From Lingula anatina (Eukaryota; Animalia; Brachiopoda), in assembly GCA_051362555.1 (NCBI GenBank), contig CM120640.1, forward strand, positions 7,378,001 to 7,442,000: a stretch of 64,000 nucleotides of DNA, read 5' to 3'. This document shows, one piece after another, positions 55,780-64,000 of this stretch (positions within the stretch are counted from its first letter, which is position 1; each line of letters opens with the position of its first letter). The translations under genes and the position numbers were made by a program. The notes under the pieces are model-generated. The model was not told where the DNA came from, did no database searches, and was given only the letters and a program-made list of their open reading frames with translations.

Positions 55780-56491
55780 ATGTTGCACCTGCCTAGGCTG
55801 TTATCATTTAGTTATTGATATTTTCAGATTTCCATGTGAGACAATCTGGTCAGCTGGAGGAGAGTGTCAGTGAAGAGGTACTGGATGGGTCTTGTATTAA
55901 AGTCAAAGTGCAGGGAAAGGATAGACACTCAGTTCTTGTCATCACAATCAGAAAGGTACATAAATTAGTTATATTGAACTTCTTGTGGTGTAAAATATTT
56001 TGTCACTCTGATAAAGGACAATGTTTATAGTGATCAGTATGCTATATTGGGGGCGGATTGAGGCCGTCTTCTGGGTCTTTCGGAAGACGGTCAGATTTTC
56101 AAGTTTACAGTGACGAGTATCTATTTTTTTCTGTCAGAAGACGGTCAAGAATGAAGGATGGATCAACAAAGATAATTTGGAAGACTGTCAGAAATTATCT
56201 TAGGATCCGCCAAGCTTAACCTTTTGTATTTGTTATTTTGAAATGAATGTACCAATATTGTTTATAAAGGTATACAAATATATAAAAAAACTCCAAAGAG
56301 TCCTTACTTATCTCATCTTTTTCCTTCAGACAAATCCATTAGAAAATTTAATGAGGGAATATGCTTCAAAAATGGAGCTAGAGTGGACCAGTTTAAAGTT
56401 TCAGTTTGATGGGGAGGACATTGACCCCAAGGCCACCCCTGAAGACTTAGACATGGAAGATGATGATTGTATTGATGCTATTCAGTCATGA
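51522..56491 (+). CDS. NFATC2IP: NFATC2-interacting protein / Rad60-Esc2-Nip45 (RENi) family, two SUMO-like domains, ~381 aa
   Basis: Exons 51522-51590, 52043-52268, 52742-52853, 54421-54564, 54927-55083, 55384-55531, 55828-55955, 56330-56491 (1146 nt, in frame). Acidic and Pro-rich N-terminus, NLS-like KKRRKK, SLD1 (MVKVRS...DTPKSIKLHIADIL) and SLD2 (IKVKVQGKD...LKFQFDGEDIDPKATPEDLDMEDDDCIDA), with no terminal GG. Confidence 0.88.
51748..51793. repeat. (CA)n microsatellite
   Basis: Directly visible. Confidence 0.95.
53024..53977. mobile_element. Non-autonomous DNA transposon with a perfect 18-bp terminal inverted match and an internal foldback (possibly ISL2EU-derived)
   Basis: aatagagtcttttccacg (53024-53041) and cgtggaaaagactctatt (53960-53977), readable as an AT TSD plus AGAGTC... 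TIR. Internal inverted arms at 53313-~53570 and ~53621-53887. Confidence 0.8.
55740..55778. repeat. (CA)n microsatellite
   Basis: Directly visible. Confidence 0.95.
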
Positions 56492-58786
56492 TACTCTGTT
56501 TATATGTCAATGTACATAATATATTGTAAAGAAATCAGCTGAGAAACTGTGGCAGATACTTAATTTGCACACCTAAAAATATGTAATTTTGGATGAAGGT
56601 TTAAGATTTTCTACTGAGACATTTTTAGATCTAAAATTTCAATTAAAGATTGACTTATACAGTTAATGATTCATATGTGCTACCTCTTGGTTCTTGTACA
56701 CTGAAGCAATAAATTTGGCCAAAAAAATTCTTAATATCATGGAAATGATATGTTATTGTCTTTATAGTGTATTGTGTAGGTTATTGTTAGAGAAATGTGT
56801 TATTGTTAGAGAAATGTTAATTGTTTACAGTTTTGAAATAGTGTGTGTGTTAAATTTTACCAGTTGCCTGAGAATTGTGTAAATAAGCCTAGTTCATGCG
56901 TCAGTAGGCTTTTACATTGTAAACACAGATGAGGAACTGTCATAAGGAAGTCGGATCACGTCCATTTGGTTTACAATGTTAAAATGAGAGGGCAGTTTCA
57001 AATAGGACAGTTTATGACATATTTTATACACAAGAATGACTTCTTGATATTGATCGTCGTGCTCAGCATACTGCTATTAGAACAGCATTTGAAATAAATA
57101 CTTAAATGTAATGTGTCAAAGCAATTTTAATGTGCATTTTCTATTTTTGTTAAAAAATTGAACACATTTCTGATTTTAAATATGTAATGTGAAGTAGTTT
57201 CCTTCAAATAACGTCACATTTTTTATATTTCAAATGTGCATAAAAGATGTATAATAGTGAATTGATTACATGTAAATATAAATACCTTTTTCAAGCTATT
57301 GTCTTATGTTGTAAATTGATTGAAAGTCAAGTTCGTAAAAACAAAACAAAACAAAAACAAAACAAAAAAAAAAAAAAAAAAAAAAAAACAACAGGAAAAC
57401 AAGTCCGTGAGTTGCCACAGTTTTCGGTTTTACACGCTTGGTACCGGTGCTGTAATATGAACATATACGTACGGATCCTGAGCCGACAAGAACGCATCTT
57501 GCAGTGTGATGTTTTTTGCACGAGAGCCTTTCAGTCTCATTTACCAATCTTGGCAAGGAGTAAGAATTGGAACCTAATTGAGAAAACCCGACAAAACTTC
57601 TTTTCTGAACTAAAATATTGAAATTAATTTCTTGTAACGTAGATGAAGAAGACGTGTGTACCATATCGTTTTTAATGAAAATTAACCAAGTACATGTAGT
57701 AGCAAACTCAGGAAGTGAATAAAATGGCAGCCCTGGAATATGTGTATCAGTTTGAGGAACAGTTTGATTTCATTGCAATCCTTGTTATGTGTTCCTAGGG
57801 GTGCATGATGTTCTCCAAGCAAATGTTCAGCTAAAAAGGAAACTCCGTACTTAAAATACAGCTGGACAAGACAGCAACCCCAGCTTGACAGTCGGAAGGA
57901 CGAATTTGAGACAGACGGATCCATCGTCAGTGTTTACAAGCCAACATCATTCCAAGCCCGAATTGTAGAGCTAATGAAAAACAATTACTAGCTAGAAAGA
58001 GGGGGGGGGGGGGGGGGGGGGGGCGTCAGAAAATACAATTCTGATTGCTTACCCTTCCTCTATACGGAAACCTTTCAGTGAAAGGCAAGAAATTTATTCG
58101 TGGATGAAGAAAAACCAGTTTTAGTGAAATAATGCACAATTCTTATATATTAACTGTGACAAACTTCTGGAAAAGTGTCGTTGCGCATTGTGTTATAAGA
58201 AACAGTTTGATAAATTCTGCCAATTTTAGATAAAAATTCAGACAAATTTGACATCGCAAAAACGAAATTCTTAATATTACAACTTGAAATAACCAATGGT
58301 GCCTTGGGTTCAATTTTTCTGATTTCAGGTCAGCAGCTTATGTTAGAAAAATAGGTGCTTTTCGTGTCGGTTGTCTTTTATAACATTTACAACAACGCTC
58401 TCAATACTAATAGAAGCATGTTAACAAACTATGTGTTTTTATTTAATTTTAATCCAATATTACATAATACTTCATAGGATAATCACCACCAATTTTTTAT
58501 TTTGTACTATGTTACTACAGACATTCCCAAAACTTAACCAACCCAGGGCTCCATTTCCACGGGAATCCAAACACTGAGCAAGATGTACTTGAAATGTATA
58601 AAAATCATCAGTGCAAAGTGCAGAATTGCCCCGACTTGAAAAAGCGTCTGTGTAAAAAGCATCTGTGCAAAATAAATAAATAAATAAATAATAAATAAAT
58701 AAATAAATAAATAAAAATAATATGTGCAAAAGGCAGATAGTCAATATGTTGACACAACAGAAGTTATATTTCAACTGTCCTCATGT

Positions 58787-61700
58787 TCAGCCCTGTTTGT
58801 ATGCCCATGTTACAATAACAGAAATTAAGACAAACAGCACAGGCTTGCCCGACAAACCCACGGAAGAATCTGAAAGAAAAAAAATAGTTAAAAGAAACTT
58901 GTATACAGGACATTTGGTGACTAATATACATATGTGCTGCTATGGTAATTTCACGCATCTTGTGTTCAATACGCTCTTCACCCAATCTACGCCCCTCCAA
59001 CTCCCCCCGCCCCCCAGATTTGGTAAAATGTCGAGAAATTGAATTTGCTGTTGTGACTTGCTTTTGTTTCTAGAAATCAGAGGAATATGTGCTCAATGTA
59101 TTTCCTTTGATTACATAGTAGGTACTAATACATTTCCTTTGATTACATAGGCTCGAGTCCTACCGGTGGACGATTTGTAAAACAATAATCAGGCAAGAAT
59201 ACCATTTCATTTAAGACAGACAGGCAGACAGACACGGGTATAGATAAGTCATATTTCCCACGGAAGTGAACGTAGCAAATAGCTTACTGTATCCAAACTG
59301 GCCTGCGGTAGTTGTAGCAGTGGTTGCGCTGGAGCCGCACGGTGTGTCCTTCCACTGCTCTGTACAGCTTTCTCCCATATATCCTACTTCACAGCTACAC
59401 TCCACCAAGTTGTTACAAACCTAAAAATAGAGAAAAAAGACGATAGTTTAACTCTAATCATATCCATAGGTGCCGAATTAACTATGGTTTGCTCTTTAGA
59501 TTCAGACATTTAAGATCTTTGAACACTTTAATCAGCTGGGAAGGAGATAAGTTATAGGTCCTAGCTCATCATGCAAGAGACTTGCCAAACGAAGTAAAAT
59601 GATGTGTATGGAATTCGAACTTTTAGAATTATAGAACAGAATAACTAATAAATTTGATTAGAATGTAAAGAAATATTATTCAGCGAATATATACATAAAT
59701 TAGCGCTTATTTGAACATTGTAGAATTCATTGGAAAAAGGTATTTCTATATGTGTGAATTAAACCATAAGCTACCATTATTTACGGGCATTATAAATGTT
59801 AGAAACAAACACGTATAATTCATGACGGCTGCCTTAAACACTATAGAATCATGATTAAACTTACGTGTAATCCTTCCGAACATGTATTATTATAGCCTGA
59901 TAAGATTCGGATTCGGAATCTTATCCGGAAAAAAAGATAAGATTCGGAAAAAAAGTTTAGCACATAGGCCTATTGCTCTGATTCTGTTTCCTTTTTCCTT
60001 TTTTCACGCCCCCCCCCCCCCCCCCCCCCCCCCCCCCCATATTATTTCGTGTTGTGATTGAAGACTTGGTTGTTTTATTCATTATTTAATGTTCTGATAG
60101 TTAATCAAAAGTAATATAATATCTTCCTACATGTAGGGCAGTTCCACATAATTTATGGTGTTACGACCCTTTTAAATGTTCTGAATAATGAATGGCAATG
60201 GATGTTTTTTATTCGCATGGAAAGTAAATAATTTCATTCACATTGTTTTGTATTAAGAATTCAAATACACATAAGTTTGGTACACTTTTGCCTTATGGAA
60301 ATGTCGCGTAAATCATAACAAATACTTTGTGAATTGAATTAAAATATTGCTAATGCTAATGTAGACATTGTGTAACTGCAAGCGAAACGAATAAATAAAT
60401 AAATAAACAAATAAAATAATAAAAATAAATGCAAAGAATATCTATTCTTAAAACAGGATTTTCCGTGTCCCCTTAAAAAGAAAACTTTGGAAATAGCCCT
60501 CGTACAACGGGGATACAGGCAGCAATTTCAATCCAGGTCCTGGCTGTACGACATAAAATTTATATTCCCCTACTGTGTTAGGGAGGGCAGGCTCCTCTTC
60601 AAAGTTCGAATTATGTCCAAGCATATTTTAGAGGGACAATAAATGAAGCAAAAGATTAACAATGCCATCAAAACTGAAGGTAATTGCCCCAACAATGGCA
60701 AATTAGAAAAAAGTAACACGAAAAAAACTGAAGATACCAACCATTTTGGGCAACAGTGTAGTATCAAGCGACATGAATATTTCTAGCGACAAATGAAACA
60801 CTAAACAACCCAATATGAAATACGGTTACTTAAAGTGACAGCGTATGATAATATTTCATTTTGTTGAAGACTAAATGTCCTTTATGTCACATATAGGCCT
60901 ACAATACAAGAAAATACGGGTGTTGACGTAGACGTATCCTGTCAACGAGTATAATACATGTAGTTTATTGAAAAAATTACGAGATTAGTATGCACTTCGC
61001 ACGACAAACTGAAATATTTTTGTGTATAGTTTCTTCTTCGTTTTTTCTTTTTATCAGATTCTGTCTTTAGTCAATTTTGTTGAAGTAAATGTGACAAATA
61101 TATACGCAGCATATCAAATCGGTTAAGAGCATGCTAATATACGGACTTCTTCAACTTCTCTCCGACGTTGCCTAGTGCTGCCTAGTACAAGTGAATAAAT
61201 AATAACATTTTAAACAAATTTAAAGGTCACTTGAACCCGGCGAGTAAACAGCGACCATGCTGAAGATAAGCAGTTTCATTATCTTAATTGTTCTCCTCGT
61301 CACAGATATTGCATGTAAAGAAAAACGAGAGATTGCCCCCTTGGGCGAGTGTAGACGCAGTAACTACATAAGGATATGCGACAGATGCACGTGTGGATAC
61401 CCCACACTAAACAGCATCTTGAAGCTTCTACCCGGCTTCCTCGTTTCACCGAAATCACTGGACTCGAAGTCTACTGGCATTCCAATATCTGCCGTTCCCC
61501 CCTCTGAATATGCTGAAAGTCTTGAAGCGGCAAGAACAAGGAAAAAACGCCAGGCACAGACTGATAACAACAGATGCTGTGAGGGGTAGGTTTTTATTTC
61601 ATTCTTAATGTTCATATTCACCACTGTATCCAGCATTGTAATGCATTGCATTAATATTACCTGCAGGTAGGGAAATGATATTTATTCCGTTATTTTCTTT

Positions 61701-63661
61701 GCCAGTTATTCCTACTACTACTGCCCTATGATCACTGTAACAATTGACGGCCAGCAGTGGGAATCGGTTCAGGATGGTGATTGCACCAACCCAACACCCC
61801 AGGGACTATTTCAATTCATACCCGTGAAAGTATGTGTAATAAGGTGAGTTAAGAAAAGTGTATAATATCTCTATGGTGAGTGATAAGTACTTTTCGACCA
61901 GTTTGTTAAGGTAATATAAAATAAATAATACAATAATAATAATAATCTTAATAATTACAACTATTCATGCATCGCAACAGAAAGCGATTGGATTCACTGA
62001 GAGCAGTAAAATGGAAATATAATAAACATTTGTAGATGACGTTATACGATAGTTAAATAGAAGTTATAAATAAAAGATAATTGTGGTTATGTGAGACACA
62101 TTTTGGCATATCAAGAACATTATAAGAATAAGTTCAAGTTGAGTGGTTCTTTGATCTCCAAAAGTTTCCAAGGTCCAAGGAACTTGTTTTAGAATAACAT
62201 TGTATTCTCGACGTTGGCTCAATGTACTTTGGCACATTAGCATTTGGAATAAGGGTCTCTTTTAATATGACGTTATTCTATATTCAGCGGTTCTGACTGC
62301 AATCAGTTACAAGGCAAATGCTGGGAGGAGTATCGTAATTTCCCCGTACTGGTGGAAAGAGTGGACTGTCCAGGAGAATTCAGATTCCATCAGCTCTCCA
62401 TGCCTGTTGCGTGTCTCTGCCTTAACGTCTAATAACGCAAAAGTAATAGTGACTCATTCACCGGGAACACTTCCGCATAGCGGTCTACTACACAAATCAT
62501 TTTACATTTTATGACACTTTGGTCCACCATCATTCATTATTATAATGAAAAATGATAATGTGGATAATGGATATTCAGGTCGAGTGTGTTATGCATACCA
62601 TTTTACTGTAAGTAGATGATTCACAACTGCAGCAATGTCAGTTTTAAAAACATCAGAGTGATTCCAAATTAAGCAGTGCTTCAACGTAACCTTTTGGTTG
62701 TTAAAAAGTTGTGTAGGGGCCTACATTTTCAAGCCCTATACTGATTAGATCAAATTTACAGTATTTATAGATATGTATGCGAGCGTGCAAGCGTGTGAGC
62801 TTGAAAGTACATTTGACTAGATAGATATAAAATGTCTTTACGTTAGCGAACTAGATTCTTACATATTTTTTTTTATTTTTCAAAAGGAAATATTTAATAT
62901 TGTTGTGAAGTGAGTACATTTTAATGGCAATACAAATGGAGGGTCGTGATCCCTCATTTACGTATTTTTTATTTGTTTTAATTATTTTTATGTTACTTTC
63001 AGGTTCAACTTAAGTTAAAGGTCAATAAACAGTGTTTGTAAACCAATATTTGTTATACTTTATTTGTGTACTTATTTATTTATTATTTATTATTAGGCCT
63101 ATGTGGTACTTGTTTGCATATTTGCTATACTTTATTTACTTTGGTAGATCTACATGTACATACTGTATATGGCACTTACCCCCACACCCCCACACTCTTG
63201 CCCATCCGCCTTTGGACATCCGGTTCGTTGCTGTATGTTTTTCAAGGATACACACTTATGTTGAATGCATATCCCATCAGACCAGGTCACCCCGTTGTCC
63301 AATGTAAAGTTACACGGGGATCCGTCGTCCACCAAGCCAGGATCACGAACACCAGCATCCACTTTAAATGTAACCGAGCTGAAATATGAACACTGCACAA
63401 TTTAAAGGGAAGTTTTCCTTAATTTTAAAAACATCCGATTGATTAAATATTGGTTAATTAATGTTGTGTTTTCCGAACTGAAATAAGAGTTGATGTCACT
63501 TATAACACCTATGATAATCTTATTCAATGTACCGGTACAGAAATAAATTGAATTACCTGCAACTGGACCCAACTGCAGTTTTGTCGGCTGATTTTGATAC
63601 AACACCAAATCTTGGTTTAGGTCCTGTATTTTGACAGTGGAGGGTACCACAGCTGACGTCA
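58787..63661 (-). CDS. ADAM-family (disintegrin/metalloprotease)-like protein, C-terminal part: cysteine-rich and EGF-like domains plus hydrophobic C-terminus; 5'-partial
   Basis: Phase-consistent exons: 63661-63557 (DVSCGTLHCQN), 63378-63180 (DPGLVDDGSPC...CIQHKCVSL...CPKADGQECGGVG), 59420-59288 (VCNNLVECSCEVGYMGESC) and 58869-58787 (NSSVGLSGKPVLFVLISVIVTWAYKQG*). These match the ADAM cysteine-rich and EGF motifs. The protease domain is outside the window. Confidence 0.82.
61257..62432 (+). CDS. Secreted Spaetzle/neurotrophin-like cystine-knot precursor, ~203 aa
   Basis: Exons 61257-61585, 61706-61843 and 62288-62432 (TAA); 612 nt, in frame. Signal peptide MLKISSFIILIVLLVTDIAC, prodomain, furin site RKKR, then a mature region CC..C..FQFIPVKVC....C.....CWEEY...PVL....FRF...MPVACLC with cystine-knot spacing like Spaetzle. 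Confidence 0.78.
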
Positions 63662-63779
63662 CTGAAATAAAAACATAACCGTCTCTGAACGAAAAGTAGT
63701 CCTATATAAAATATTAACATTCTATAAAGAAATCAGCGATGTCCCCGATCTTGCATTTCAAATAATTTGCCCCTGTTAT

Positions 63780-63824
<45 letters not shown>

Positions 63825-64000
63825 TTGGTACGCGTGGTAAAAAATGCCCCGATGGTCTTATATGATTAATTACTATTATTTCCATTCTGTTCAAACAATA
63901 AAAATTGCACACCTTGTGTTACACTTGACATAAGTATTTCCTTCACTGCCACAATTGCCAAGTTCAGTTCCACCCTTGTTTAAAATATGATAACATTCAT

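Noticed and set aside
58472-58662. Possible alternative terminal exon of the ADAM-like gene
   Set aside because: An acceptor-like site exists, but the in-phase translation has no TM or motif; probably 3' UTR.
59865-59896. Candidate micro-exon on the minus strand (GYNNTCSEGLH) upstream of the ADAM EGF exon
   Set aside because: It needs a phase-1 upstream donor, but the 63180 exon ends in phase 0 and already supplies the ECGGVG that precedes VCNN.
1-64000. tRNA, rRNA, CRISPR arrays or autonomous transposase/RT ORFs
   Set aside because: None recognised by eye. Small ncRNAs cannot be excluded without a covariance-model search (Infernal/Rfam, tRNAscan-SE).

Overview
AT-rich, intron-containing animal genomic DNA. 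It is an invertebrate, probably a lophotrochozoan such as a mollusc (inference from gene content and composition). I assembled gene models by hand from GT-AG sites and reading-frame phase. The window holds: (1) the 3' part of an SLC6 glycine-transporter-like gene (+) with two duplicated 129-nt exons for TM8b-TM9 that look mutually exclusive; (2,3) two tandem paralogous genes (-) with an unusual architecture of signal peptide, two tandem class C GPCR-type Venus flytrap domains, one TM helix and a short Tyr-motif tail, with no 7TM, kinase or cyclase domain; (4) a complete 24-exon ANKFY1/Rabankyrin-5 (-), head-to-head with (5) an NFATC2IP/Rad60-like double SUMO-like domain gene (+); (6) the 3' end of an ADAM-like gene (-) ending in a GPI-signal-like tail, whose intron hosts (7) an antisense 3-exon Spaetzle/neurotrophin-like cystine-knot gene (+). 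Several MITE/foldback elements and microsatellites lie in introns. Most short ORFs in the supplied track are antisense shadows or low-complexity artefacts.
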